From Acidimicrobiaceae bacterium (GTDB lineage: Bacteria > Actinomycetota > Acidimicrobiia > Acidimicrobiales > RAAP-2), in the NCBI GenBank assembly GCA_013044405.1, contig JABEUR010000067.1, positions 4,440 through 68,439 on the forward strand: a DNA stretch of 64,000 nt, read 5' to 3'. The position numbers and the translations under genes are program-made. The notes beneath the pieces were generated by a model. It saw only the letters and a list, made by a program, of their open reading frames with translations. It was not told the origin of the DNA and ran no database searches. Shown here piece after piece: positions 17,551-27,197 of the stretch (position 1 is its first letter; every line of letters starts with the position of its first letter).

Positions 17551-17682
17551 GTTGTCACCAGCCTTTGTATGTTGAGAAGGCGTTGTCGCCCTCGCCTCCA
17601 GCGTAGGGCACGCCAAGAGGCGGGAGACACCATCAAAGGTCCCGTCAACTACTGTGAACTCGACCGGTTCGAGGGAGGCCCG

Positions 17683-18729
17683 ATGAAGATTTCCACGATG
17701 CTCAGTTACGCCGGTGGCTTCAAACAAGCCGCCCGCGACGTGGCCGACATGGAACGCGCCGGTCTGGACCTCGTCTGGGTGGCTGAAGCCTACGGTTTCG
17801 ATAGTCCTTCCCTGATGGGCTACCTGGCGGCGTTGACCGAGCGCGTGGAGATCGGCGCGGCGATTCTTCCGATCTATACCCGTACCCCGACCTTGATCGC
17901 CATGACCGCAGCGGGCATCGACGCGCTGTCCGATGGCCGATTTCACTTGGGGCTCGGGGCGTCGGGCCCCCAGGTCATCGAGGGATTCCATGGCGTTCCC
18001 TACACCAATCCATTGGGACGGACCCGTGAAATCGTCGAGATCTGTCGAGATGTCTGGCGTCGCGAGACCCCACTCGAACACCACGGGAAGAACTTCACCC
18101 TGCCGTTGCCGCCCGAACAGGGGACCGGCCTGGGCAAACCGCTCAAGATCATCGCCCATCCACTACGTAGTGAGATCCCTGTCTGGATCGCCTCGCTGGG
18201 CGAGAAGAACGTGCAACTCACCGCCGAGATCGCCGACGGCTGGATCCCGATCCTGTTCATCCCCGAACGAGCCAACGAGGTCTGGGGAGGGGCGCTCGCG
18301 GCGGGTAAGGCGAAGCGTTCGCCAACGCTGGGCGAGATGATGATCACCGCCGGCGGACTTCTCGCGATCGGTGAGGGTGAGGACGTCACGGAGATACGCA
18401 ACCTCCAGCGTTCGATGGTCGCGCTCTACGTGGGTGGCATGGGCGCTCGCGGCAAGAACTTCTACAACGAACTCGCTGTTCGCTACGGCTTCGAGCGAGA
18501 GGCTGAGCTGATCCAAGACCTCTACCTCGAGGGACGCAAAAAGGAGGCCGAGGCGGCGGTTCCGGCGGAGTTCCTCGAACTGACGACCCTCTGTGGTCCG
18601 AAGTCCTACGTGAAAGAACGGATCGCGGCCTTTGGAGACGCCGGAGTCACACATCTCCAGGTCCTGCCGGTGCCGATGGCTGGGCAGACCTCGGCGTCGC
18701 TCATCGAGACGGTGCGCGACCTGATCTAG
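17683..18729 (+). CDS. LLM-class F420-dependent oxidoreductase
   Basis: WVAEAYGFD, RTP...AMTAAG.D.LS.GRF.LGLGASGPQVIEGFHG, YVGGMGA..KNFY; GGAGG RBS. Confidence 0.88.
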   Translation: MKISTMLSYAGGFKQAARDVADMERAGLDLVWVAEAYGFDSPSLMGYLAALTERVEIGAAILPIYTRTPTLIAMTAAGIDALSDGRFHLGLGASGPQVIEGFHGVPYTNPLGRTREIVEICRDVWRRETPLEHHGKNFTLPLPPEQGTGLGKPLKIIAHPLRSEIPVWIASLGEKNVQLTAEIADGWIPILFIPERANEVWGGALAAGKAKRSPTLGEMMITAGGLLAIGEGEDVTEIRNLQRSMVALYVGGMGARGKNFYNELAVRYGFEREAELIQDLYLEGRKKEAEAAVPAEFLELTTLCGPKSYVKERIAAFGDAGVTHLQVLPVPMAGQTSASLIETVRDLI

Positions 18730-20678
18730 TTCGAGAGTGCGTCGGGTCGGGTGGCGTCTCGCCCCCCCGACGCCAACCACGCGTCGTACATCTTGGAGTA
18801 GGCGCCACCGCGTTCGATCAGCTCACGTGGCGAGCCCACTTCGACGATTCCCCCGTGGTCGATCACCACGATTCGGTCCGCACGTTGTGCCGTGGTCAAT
18901 CGATGGGCGATCAATATCGCAGAACGTCCCTCGAGCAAGCGGTCCAGGGCGTGTTCGATCACCGTCTCACTGTGCAGATCGAGCGAAGACGTCGCCTCGT
19001 CGAGGATCAACACCCGGGGACGCGCGAGGAATGCGCGAGCGAGGGCGAGCAGCTGTCGTTCACCCGCCGACAGGGTTTGACCGCGTTCGTGAATGACCGT
19101 GTCGACACCCTGGGGAAGTCTCGTGACCAGCTCTCGAAGACCGACGACGTCGAGTGCTTCTTCGATCTCCGCGTCGGTGATGCTGGTTCGCCCGAACGTG
19201 AGGTTGGTGCGAATGGAGCCGGCGAACAGGAATGCCTCTTGGGGCACCACCCCGAGCTGGGACCTGAGAGAGTGCAGGGTCACGTTTTTGATGTCGACGC
19301 CGTCGAGCAGGACCCGTCCCGCCACCGGGTCGTAGAAACGGTTGGCGAGCTTGGCCATCGTTGATTTGCCGGCACCGGTGGGTCCGACGAAGGCGACCGA
19401 TTCTCCCGGCGCGATCTCCAAGTTGATGTCGGCCAAGACGAGCTGTCCTTCGAGGTACCCGAAGTCGACGTGTTCGAAGGTGATCCTTCCTTGAATGGTC
19501 GCCAGATCCGTCGCCTCGCGATCCTCGTGGACGCTCGGCGAGGTTTCGAGTAGCTCGCGAAGGCGGATGATCGACGAACGTCCCTGTTGGAGGGAGTTGT
19601 ACTGCTGCACGAGGAGCTGGATTGGCTGGAAGAATCGGTTCAGGTAGAGGAAGAAGGCGACGAGAGCACCGATGCTCAATTGGTGGCGAAGCACCATCTG
19701 GCCCCCGATGCCGAGCAGGAGACCCTGACCGAGGATGCCGATCATGACCGTGGAGGGGCCGTAGATCGCGCTGACGCGACCCGTATAGAGATTCGCGTCG
19801 CGGTAGGCGCCCACGACGTGTCGATGGTTTGTGATGTTGCGCCGTTGACGGTTGTTGGCGGTCACGACTCGAATGCCGTAGAGGGACTCTGAGAGGTCGG
19901 CGAGGACGTTGGCGATACGATCTCGGCTCAAGAGGTAGCCCCGCTCGGAGGCACCGTGGAACCAGATCGACAGTACAAAGAGCAGTGGCACCACGAGTAG
20001 CACGGTCCATGCGGCGAGCACGACGTTGGTGCTGAACAAGATGATGGTGATCACGATCATCGTGAGTCCCTGGATGGCGAACTGACTGATGCCGTCTTGG
20101 ACCAGTTGCTGGAGGTTCTCGATGTCACTGGTCATGCGGCTCATCAACACCCCGGACTTCTCCTCGGTGAAGAAGTCAAGACTCAGTCGCTGGAAGTGCG
20201 TGAAGACCCGGATGCGCAGGTCGTGCATCACGCGCGCCGCGAGCTTGCCGGTGACGACCACTTGAGCCCGTTGGGCCACGACACTCATCAGGGCGAGGGC
20301 GAGGTACAACAGGGCACAGACCGCGATCACCCTCAACGATCGGTGCCCGCTCACCATACCGTTGTTGATGGCGTACTCGGTCAACTTCGGGCCCGCTTGC
20401 AAAGTCAAGCTCGTCAGGATCACCAGCGAGGAACCGCCCACCACCCACTTCGGGTACGCCGAAATCAGTCGTGGCAGCGTTAGTCGGTGACGTTCGCGCT
20501 CATTGGGGCGTTGGGTGAAGTGTATGTTCGACGCCGGGTGGTCGGGCTCTTGGGCCAGGAGCTTCGTCGCTTCGTCCATGAGTTCACTGGGGATGCCGCC
20601 AAAGGGCAGTCCGCTCGACGTACTCGAACCCCCACCGAACATCGGCCCCGAACCCCCGAATCCTCCGCCCCAGGCCAT
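18726..20678 (-). CDS. Heterodimeric ABC exporter subunit (TMD+NBD, consensus catalytic Glu)
   Basis: GPTGAGKS, LSAGERQL, LILDEATS. Confidence 0.92.
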   Translation of the reverse strand: MAWGGGFGGSGPMFGGGSSTSSGLPFGGIPSELMDEATKLLAQEPDHPASNIHFTQRPNERERHRLTLPRLISAYPKWVVGGSSLVILTSLTLQAGPKLTEYAINNGMVSGHRSLRVIAVCALLYLALALMSVVAQRAQVVVTGKLAARVMHDLRIRVFTHFQRLSLDFFTEEKSGVLMSRMTSDIENLQQLVQDGISQFAIQGLTMIVITIILFSTNVVLAAWTVLLVVPLLFVLSIWFHGASERGYLLSRDRIANVLADLSESLYGIRVVTANNRQRRNITNHRHVVGAYRDANLYTGRVSAIYGPSTVMIGILGQGLLLGIGGQMVLRHQLSIGALVAFFLYLNRFFQPIQLLVQQYNSLQQGRSSIIRLRELLETSPSVHEDREATDLATIQGRITFEHVDFGYLEGQLVLADINLEIAPGESVAFVGPTGAGKSTMAKLANRFYDPVAGRVLLDGVDIKNVTLHSLRSQLGVVPQEAFLFAGSIRTNLTFGRTSITDAEIEEALDVVGLRELVTRLPQGVDTVIHERGQTLSAGERQLLALARAFLARPRVLILDEATSSLDLHSETVIEHALDRLLEGRSAILIAHRLTTAQRADRIVVIDHGGIVEVGSPRELIERGGAYSKMYDAWLASGGRDATRPDALSN

Positions 20679-22522
20679 CAGTTCTCCTCCGGTCGGGTGC
20701 TTTGAGCGAGGATCTGCGAGTACAGCGGCGTGCTGGTGAGCAGTTGTTCGTGCGTGCCAGTCGCAATCACCCGACCCTCGTCGAGCAGGATCACCCGGCT
20801 CGCCAGGGCGATGGTCGAGATCCGGTGCGCGATGACGATCGTGGTGCGCTGGGTGAGGAGTTTGCTCAAGGCGTCGTAGATGCCCGCTTCGACGTGCACG
20901 TCTATGGCGCTCGTGGCGTCGTCGAGGATGAGAATCGGTGGGTTGACGAGCAGGGTACGAGCAATCGCGATGCGCTGCCTCTGGCCACCCGACAACGTGT
21001 AACCGCGTTCGCCGACCACGGTCTCGTAGCCGTCGGGAAGCTTTTCGATGAACTCGTGGGCGTTGGCCGCGCGGGCGGCGCCCTCGATTTCCACGAGGGT
21101 CGCATCGGGACGGCCGTAGGCGATGTTGTCACGGATCGACACCGAGAAGAGGAAAGGCTCGTCGAGTACGACGCCAACCTGATCGCGCAGTGACTTCAAG
21201 GTCACGTCCTTGACGTCGTGGCCGTCGATCAGCAGGGATCCCTCGGTGACGTCGTAGAAGCGGGTTACCAGGCGTGCGACCGTGGACTTGCCCGATCCGG
21301 TGCGACCGACGATGGCCACCGTCTCTCCCGCCTCGATGTGGGCATCGAAGTCGTGGAGGATCTCGGCCCCGTTGTCGTAGGCGAAGCGTACGTGGTCAAA
21401 GTCGATCGTCCCAAGCCGTACGTCGAGGTCGAAGGCTCCGGGCCGCTCGACAATCTCGGGGTTCTCGTCGAGTATCTCGAAGATCCGCTCGGCGCTGGCC
21501 TTGGCGCGTTGACCCATCATCACGAGCTGGCCGAGCATCATGAACGGCGCCTGGAGCATCATCAGATAGGCATTGAAGGCGAGAATCGCGCCGATGCCCA
21601 ACTTTGCGTCGAGCACCATCCAACCTCCAAAGAAGAGAACCAGCGCGAGACCCAATTGGGGGAGGTTCTGCACCCACGGGCCCCACTGGCCCCGGATCTG
21701 GGCGTCTTTGACGTAGGCCCACGCGACACGCTCGGCGGCGTCGGCCAACCGGTTGACTTCGGCCTCTTCTTGGGCGAAGGACTTCACCACGCGAACACCG
21801 TTCACGTTCTCGTCAACAATCGTCGCCACGTCGGCCAAGCGAGCTTGGGTGACCCACGATATGGGGAACATGACTCGGCGCATGCGGATCCCCACGAAGT
21901 AGAGCAGTGGCATCACGGTCATCGCGATGACGGCGAGCAACGGGTCGATGCTCAGCATGAAACCGAAGGCCAGCACGCCGATGAACGACTGCACGACGAT
22001 GAGTGGTGCGAAGGTCGAGTACATCTGAACGCTACGGATGTCGCTATTGGCCCGGCTGATCAACTGGCCGGACTGTACGCGATCGTAGAAGCTGAACGAC
22101 AACCAGGTGAGGTGTTCGTAGATCAGCGAACGCAGGTCGGCTTCGACGTTGTAGGCCGTGATGAAGACGTACTGGCGTGAGACGATTCCGGTGATCCCGG
22201 CGAGCAGACCGACGACGAGGATGCTGATCACGTCGCCGTGCAGGGCCGAGCTGCGATGCACGAGTGCATGGTTGATCGCACCGTTGAGCATGTTCGGCAC
22301 CAGCGTCTGGAAGACGAGGCTGACGAACGAAAGGGCGATGGCGAGGACGAACGTCTTGCGATGCGAAGCAATGACGGGCAGGACTCGACGCCACCAGGCG
22401 AGCTGACGGTCACGCGAGATCCGCGCCCGGGGCCCTGGGTACGTCGAGGTCACGCCACCGAGAGGATTGGCCTCCGCCTCGTTTCGCGCACTCGGGGCAC
22501 GCGAAGGAGAGGGGGAAGGCAC
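20678..22522 (-). CDS. Heterodimeric ABC exporter subunit (TMD+NBD, degenerate Walker B)
   Basis: GRTGSGKS, LSGGQRQR, ILDDATS; start placed at GTG 22522, 6 nt after TACGAT. Confidence 0.9.
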   Translation of the reverse strand: MPSPSPSRAPSARNEAEANPLGGVTSTYPGPRARISRDRQLAWWRRVLPVIASHRKTFVLAIALSFVSLVFQTLVPNMLNGAINHALVHRSSALHGDVISILVVGLLAGITGIVSRQYVFITAYNVEADLRSLIYEHLTWLSFSFYDRVQSGQLISRANSDIRSVQMYSTFAPLIVVQSFIGVLAFGFMLSIDPLLAVIAMTVMPLLYFVGIRMRRVMFPISWVTQARLADVATIVDENVNGVRVVKSFAQEEAEVNRLADAAERVAWAYVKDAQIRGQWGPWVQNLPQLGLALVLFFGGWMVLDAKLGIGAILAFNAYLMMLQAPFMMLGQLVMMGQRAKASAERIFEILDENPEIVERPGAFDLDVRLGTIDFDHVRFAYDNGAEILHDFDAHIEAGETVAIVGRTGSGKSTVARLVTRFYDVTEGSLLIDGHDVKDVTLKSLRDQVGVVLDEPFLFSVSIRDNIAYGRPDATLVEIEGAARAANAHEFIEKLPDGYETVVGERGYTLSGGQRQRIAIARTLLVNPPILILDDATSAIDVHVEAGIYDALSKLLTQRTTIVIAHRISTIALASRVILLDEGRVIATGTHEQLLTSTPLYSQILAQSTRPEEN

Positions 22523-22613
22523 TAGTGAATCGTACCGGCCCGTGGTCACGCTCGGCCCGCTACGACTGGTCGCAGTTCGCTCACGAAGTCGCCTCAGGAC
22601 CTATTGTGACGTC

Positions 22614-23249
22614 GTGGCCTCACTGCAAGTAATCAACCATCCCATCGTGTCGGACAAGGTGCGCCAGCTGCGCGACGTCGCGACGTCCAACGCCGACTTC
22701 CTTCGCCTGGCGGGCGAGATATCGCGATTCGTCGCCTACGAGGCCTTTCGCGATACCCCCGTCACTGACACGACGGTCGACACCCCAGTGGCCACCGGCG
22801 CCGCCGCGGTGCGGATCGATACGGAGTATCTGATCGTGCCGATCCTGCGAGCCGGGCTCGGCATGAGCCCGGCCGTTCAGGAGGTTTTGCCCCACCACCG
22901 GGTATGCCTGGTGGGACTGAGGAGAAACGAGCAGACACTTCGTCCCGACGTGTACCTCGATGGACTGCCCGAGTCGCTCGACGGTGTGCACGTCGTCTTG
23001 TGCGACCCGATGCTCGCCACCGGAGGATCGCTCGTCTGTGTGCTCGACATGCTGGCTGAGCGAGGGGCCGGTGAGGTCAGCGTCCTGTGTCTCATCGTGG
23101 CGCGTACGGGAGTCGATCACGTACTCAGTCGTCACCCCGGGGTGAAAATCATCGCCGCGGCACTCGACGAGCGACTCAACGAGGTTGGTTACATCGTGCC
23201 GGGCCTGGGTGACGCGGGAGACCGGCTGTTCGGTCCTCCGGCACGTTGA
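22614..23249 (+). CDS. upp: Uracil phosphoribosyltransferase
   Basis: VPILRAGLGM, RNEQTL, DPMLATGGS, YIVPGLGDAGDRLFG. Confidence 0.95.
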   Translation: MASLQVINHPIVSDKVRQLRDVATSNADFLRLAGEISRFVAYEAFRDTPVTDTTVDTPVATGAAAVRIDTEYLIVPILRAGLGMSPAVQEVLPHHRVCLVGLRRNEQTLRPDVYLDGLPESLDGVHVVLCDPMLATGGSLVCVLDMLAERGAGEVSVLCLIVARTGVDHVLSRHPGVKIIAAALDERLNEVGYIVPGLGDAGDRLFGPPAR

Positions 23250-23250
23250 C

Positions 23251-23721
23251 TCATAGGCCGATGTCTTCGTTCCAGACCTCTGGGTAATCACGGATGTAGT
23301 TGGAGAGCAGTTCGGTGCACGCCGGGTCGTCAAGGATCACGATCTCCACACCGAGTTCGCCGAGCCAGTCGTGACCTCCGTGGAAGTTCTCGCATTCGCC
23401 GATCACGACAGCTCCGATATTGAATTGGCGTACCAGTCCTGAACAGTACCAACACGGCGACAACGTGGTGACCATCACGCAGTCGGGGTAGTCACGACGC
23501 CGGCCAGCGCGACGAAATGCGTCGGTCTCGGCGTGCACCGAGGCGTCTCCTTCTTGAACCCTTCGGTTGTGGCCCGAGCTGATCAAGGTTCCGTCACGTT
23601 TGAACAGGGACGCGCCGATTGGTATACCGCCCTCGTCGAGACCAAGTCGTGCCTCGACGAGGGCGGTTCGTAGCATCGTGGTGGCCAGTACTCGGTCCAG
23701 CGGTGATCGAGGGGAGTTCAT
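23251..23721 (-). CDS. Yeast Fcy1-type cytosine deaminase (CDA fold)
   Basis: EGGIPIG, GHNRRVQ, HAE, TTLSPCWYC, WNEDIG. Confidence 0.88.
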   Translation of the reverse strand: MNSPRSPLDRVLATTMLRTALVEARLGLDEGGIPIGASLFKRDGTLISSGHNRRVQEGDASVHAETDAFRRAGRRRDYPDCVMVTTLSPCWYCSGLVRQFNIGAVVIGECENFHGGHDWLGELGVEIVILDDPACTELLSNYIRDYPEVWNEDIGL

Positions 23722-23743
23722 GGGATAAGTATGCTCCAGCACC

Positions 23744-24352
23744 GTGGGTGAACGCACGTACACAGTCGAAGTCGGATCGCAGCATATTGAGCTTCCAGTG
23801 GTATCGCTGAGCGAAGACCTCGCTCTGGCGCTGCTGATCACCGTGGACGTGGGCGTGGAGTTCATGGAGACCGCCGGCGTGGAACTTGCTGACATCCTGC
23901 GTCCTTACGACGTTGATATCGTCGCCACCGTCGCCACGATGGGCATCCCGGTCGCCATCGAAGTGACCAGGGCACTGGGACTCGATCAGTACGTGATCTT
24001 GCACAAGACGCCCAAGATCCATCTGTCTGATGCGGTGAGCGAACCAGTGCGATCGATCACCACCAGTGGTGAGCAGAGACTGCTCTTCGACCGTGCGCGG
24101 ATCTCGGATGTGTCGGGTCGACGCGTCGCCATCGTCGACGATGTGATCTCAACGGGAGCCTCTACCGGTGCGGCACTTCGTCTGTTGCGCGGGGTGGGCG
24201 CCAACGTCGTTGCCATCGGCACGTTGGTGACCGAGGCATCGCTCTGGCGTAACGCCCTTGGTGAAGACGCCTTGAAGGTGAGAGCTCTCGGTTCGATCCC
24301 CGTGTTTCGTCCCAACGGATCAGGTGGACTCGTCGAGGATTGGGCGGGCTAG
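23744..24352 (+). CDS. Type I purine/pyrimidine phosphoribosyltransferase (APRT-related)
   Basis: PRPP loop VAIVDDVISTGAS; SITT flexible loop. Confidence 0.85.
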   Translation: MGERTYTVEVGSQHIELPVVSLSEDLALALLITVDVGVEFMETAGVELADILRPYDVDIVATVATMGIPVAIEVTRALGLDQYVILHKTPKIHLSDAVSEPVRSITTSGEQRLLFDRARISDVSGRRVAIVDDVISTGASTGAALRLLRGVGANVVAIGTLVTEASLWRNALGEDALKVRALGSIPVFRPNGSGGLVEDWAG

Positions 24353-24376
24353 CAGGCAGTCTTCTGCGCGCGGTGG

Positions 24377-24425
24377 CGACGCCGTGGTGACCCGGTGCGA
24401 AAGGGACCGGGTCACCACGGCGTCG
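24377..24425. terminator. 20-bp perfect-stem bidirectional terminator
   Basis: CGACGCCGTGGTGACCCGGT / ACCGGGTCACCACGGCGTCG between convergent genes. Confidence 0.8.
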
Positions 24426-24456
24426 ACCAGTCATAGACGCGCTACTGGGGTCGAGC

Positions 24457-26010
24457 TCAGGGGTTGGGTTCGAGTTCGCGCTGGCGCGTGACCTGCTTAC
24501 TCACGTTTCCGGTCACCTTCTCTAGGACGAAGTAGACGAGCGCCGCGAGGATGATACCGATGGGAATTGAGAAGTCGGCACCCCCGTACCACCCGGCGGT
24601 GCAGGCGCCGTTGACGAGCTTGCCCGCACAAGCACTGCCGAAGTGGTTCGAGATAGGCGTCAGGAAGTGGAAGGGGAAATTGACCGGAGGCGGAGCCTTG
24701 GAAAAGGCCGTGGTGGCGCCGATGAGGCCGACGACGAACGCGACGATGGCGTTCCAGTTCACGCCGGTCGAGCCAATGAAGTAGAGCCCTTGTCGATCGG
24801 TGCGCTGCAGCTCGGCAGCGTTGTAGCGATACTTTCGCATGATCCAGTCGATGATGTAAATGCCGAACCATGGGGCGATCCATACGATGATCACGCCAAC
24901 GAACTCCTTCATGTACAACGAGAAGGTCGACTGGAATTCGGCCCAGATGGTGAGGCCACACGCGATGAAGCTGTCAAGGACCACGGCCTGGTAGCGCTTC
25001 AGGCGGATGCCCATCGCCTGGATGGACACCCCTGAGGAGTAGAGGTCGAGCGAGTTGATGCCGAACAACTGAACGATGGCGAAGACGAGAAAGACCGCGA
25101 TCACCCAGCTGGGAATGTAACTCTGTCCTCGCAACGCTTCGAAGGGGTTCGCACCGTTCCACGCGGCGACCTGGGCGTTGGAGGAGAGGAACGTGAACGT
25201 CGCCGCACCCAGGATCATGATGAGGATCTCGGGAATCGCCGTACCGAGAAAGATCCACCCGACGGTCGCGCCCTTGCTGGCGTTTCGCGGGACGTAACGG
25301 GTGTAGTCATTACCACACTCCGTCCAGCCCAGCCCCGATAAGGCGATGGTGAAGGCGAGCCCCGCGGTGTACAGCTCCCAACCTCCTCCGAACCCCTTGA
25401 AGCTGGCAGCGCCGTGCTTCATGTCATAGATCGCGATCAACGCGAAAATCGCGACGAAGGGGATGATCAGCGCTCGCAGCACCTTGACCATGGTGGCGTG
25501 GCCGAGATAGGGCATCACGGCCTGTACCGCTGCGGCGAGGATGATGAAGATCACCTTCGTGGGGCTCGAGACGTGGAATCCCGCCATCTGGCTCAGCACG
25601 ATGAGCGCGCCGACGATCAGAATCAATCCCTCGGTTTCGAAACCGAGTTGGGTGATCCAGTTGAAGAAGCTCACCATGCGAGAGCCGCGTGTTCCGAACG
25701 ATGCGCGACTGATCGTGAAGGCCGTCGTGCCCGCCTCGGGTCCCTGGAGCGACGCGATGCCGAGAAGGAAGAACGAGAGGTTGCCGAGCACGATCAAGCT
25801 CAATGCCGTGTAGAAACTGAATCCGAACCCCATGAGCAGCGCGCCGTAGATGAAGTATTCGACGTTCAGTGCCGAACCGGCCCACAGCGCTCCTATGTTT
25901 CGCGGGGTCGCCCAGCGCTCGGTCTCACTGATGTAGTCGATCCCGTGTTGTTCGACTCGAAAAACCGGGTCGCCTGAGGAGCCGTCGTGTTCATTCAATG
26001 TTGTCGCCAC
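24457..26010 (-). CDS. Purine-cytosine permease (NCS1/CodB family)
   Basis: VEQHGIDYI...ER, SRASFG.RG, DYTRYVP, N.L.LYSSG; GGGAGG RBS. Confidence 0.88.
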   Translation of the reverse strand: MATTLNEHDGSSGDPVFRVEQHGIDYISETERWATPRNIGALWAGSALNVEYFIYGALLMGFGFSFYTALSLIVLGNLSFFLLGIASLQGPEAGTTAFTISRASFGTRGSRMVSFFNWITQLGFETEGLILIVGALIVLSQMAGFHVSSPTKVIFIILAAAVQAVMPYLGHATMVKVLRALIIPFVAIFALIAIYDMKHGAASFKGFGGGWELYTAGLAFTIALSGLGWTECGNDYTRYVPRNASKGATVGWIFLGTAIPEILIMILGAATFTFLSSNAQVAAWNGANPFEALRGQSYIPSWVIAVFLVFAIVQLFGINSLDLYSSGVSIQAMGIRLKRYQAVVLDSFIACGLTIWAEFQSTFSLYMKEFVGVIIVWIAPWFGIYIIDWIMRKYRYNAAELQRTDRQGLYFIGSTGVNWNAIVAFVVGLIGATTAFSKAPPPVNFPFHFLTPISNHFGSACAGKLVNGACTAGWYGGADFSIPIGIILAALVYFVLEKVTGNVSKQVTRQRELEPNP

Positions 26011-26245
26011 TTTTGTGGTCCTCCCTGATAGTTGGTCTTCACCTGAGACAACCCCGTGAGGTGCTGGTCGCTCGCGTCAATTCTGCATTATTTCCACGGT
26101 CGTACCTGGTGATGTCCTCTCAGGATTCTCGGCGTGGAGTTTTAATCGCTTCTTAGGCCGTCCCAATGCCCCCCACATTCGAGGAGCGCAAGATGGATTC
26201 GTCTCGGCCCCCCCAATCGTTCGAGGCAGAAAGCAGGAAGAACTC

Positions 26246-27025
26246 ATGTACCGCACTTCAAAGAACAAACTGGCGAAGCGCGTCGGAGTTTCGACGATCA
26301 TCGCCGCTGGTGCGATTGCTTCAGGCGTCGGAATCGCCGGCGCCTCGGCTCAAGCGAGCCCCAAGGCGCCCAGTGTCAAGGCGAGCACCGTGGCGACGAG
26401 CGCGTCGAGTACTGGTGCCAAGCAAGCCCGTAGTGCGACGTTGCCGGCGATGATGGGCCGTTCAGGTGGAACGATCACCGCTCTTTCGAGCAGTTCAATC
26501 ACGATTCTGACCCCACGAGGGACTTCGACGACCTTCCGCATCGACTCCTCGACCGCGGTGACCAAGGATCGCCTGGCGGCCACGTTCGCGGACCTCGCCA
26601 TCGGTGAACACGTTCGAATCATGACGAGTTCGACCAGCGCGACAGACGCCGCGCGCATCGAGATCGAGTTGGCCCGGGTCGCGGGTACCGTCGTCTCGGT
26701 CAGTGGCAATACGATCACCGTCTCGGATCGAGACGGCTTCTATCGGACCATCACCGTCGGCGCGTCGACCACTTACACCAAGGGCGCAGCGAGCGCGTCG
26801 CTCAGCGATGTGACGAGTGGAACCTTCATCATGGCCGAAGGAGCGGTGGACGCGAATCACACGTCGCTGGACGCCAGCGCCGTAGGGATCGGTCAGCCGA
26901 GCGCACCAAGCGCCTCGGGGACCACCTTGGCCCCAGGGATGTACCCTCAGGGCATGGGCGGCCCCGGCAAGGGAGGTCCCGGTATGGGCGACGGGTTCGG
27001 CCCGGCGGGCGCCCGTTTCAACTAG
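26246..27025 (+). CDS. Secreted Ser/Thr-rich protein with two DUF5666-like OB repeats
   Basis: Signal peptide; repeated GT(I/V)..(L/V)S...ITI/V..S.T..TK..A...D(L/V)..G units; Gly/Pro/Met tail. Confidence 0.7.
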   Translation: MYRTSKNKLAKRVGVSTIIAAGAIASGVGIAGASAQASPKAPSVKASTVATSASSTGAKQARSATLPAMMGRSGGTITALSSSSITILTPRGTSTTFRIDSSTAVTKDRLAATFADLAIGEHVRIMTSSTSATDAARIEIELARVAGTVVSVSGNTITVSDRDGFYRTITVGASTTYTKGAASASLSDVTSGTFIMAEGAVDANHTSLDASAVGIGQPSAPSASGTTLAPGMYPQGMGGPGKGGPGMGDGFGPAGARFN

Positions 27026-27044
27026 GCAATGCCCGCACAACTTC

Positions 27045-27083
27045 TCAGGGCCCAGGTGGTTCCTCCCTCCACCTGGGCCCTGA
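27045..27083 (+). terminator. Terminator-like hairpin
   Basis: TCAGGGCCCAGGTGG / CCACCTGGGCCCTGA, 15-bp stem. Confidence 0.75.
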
Positions 27084-27197
27084 AGTAGTACCTGAGTAGT
27101 TCTCAGCCGTGCTCTTGTTTTCTTGTCGGTTCTTGATAAGTTGCCACAAAGGGTTACCGGCACGAGGCGGGTTACTCGGGGGGAAAGCAGGACAAAG

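Noticed and set aside
17299-18159. Apparent long overlap of the 627-aa GDH and 476-aa LLM ORFs
   Set aside because: Both are over-extended; family motifs start near 17550 (-) and 17683 (+), leaving a normal divergent gap
20678-22522. Walker B DD as sign of an inactive ABC pseudogene
   Set aside because: A degenerate site paired with a consensus partner is normal in heterodimeric exporters
26105-26157. TCTCAG-like hexamers as an MprA box
   Set aside because: Spacing is 3 nt rather than 5 and other matches are weak
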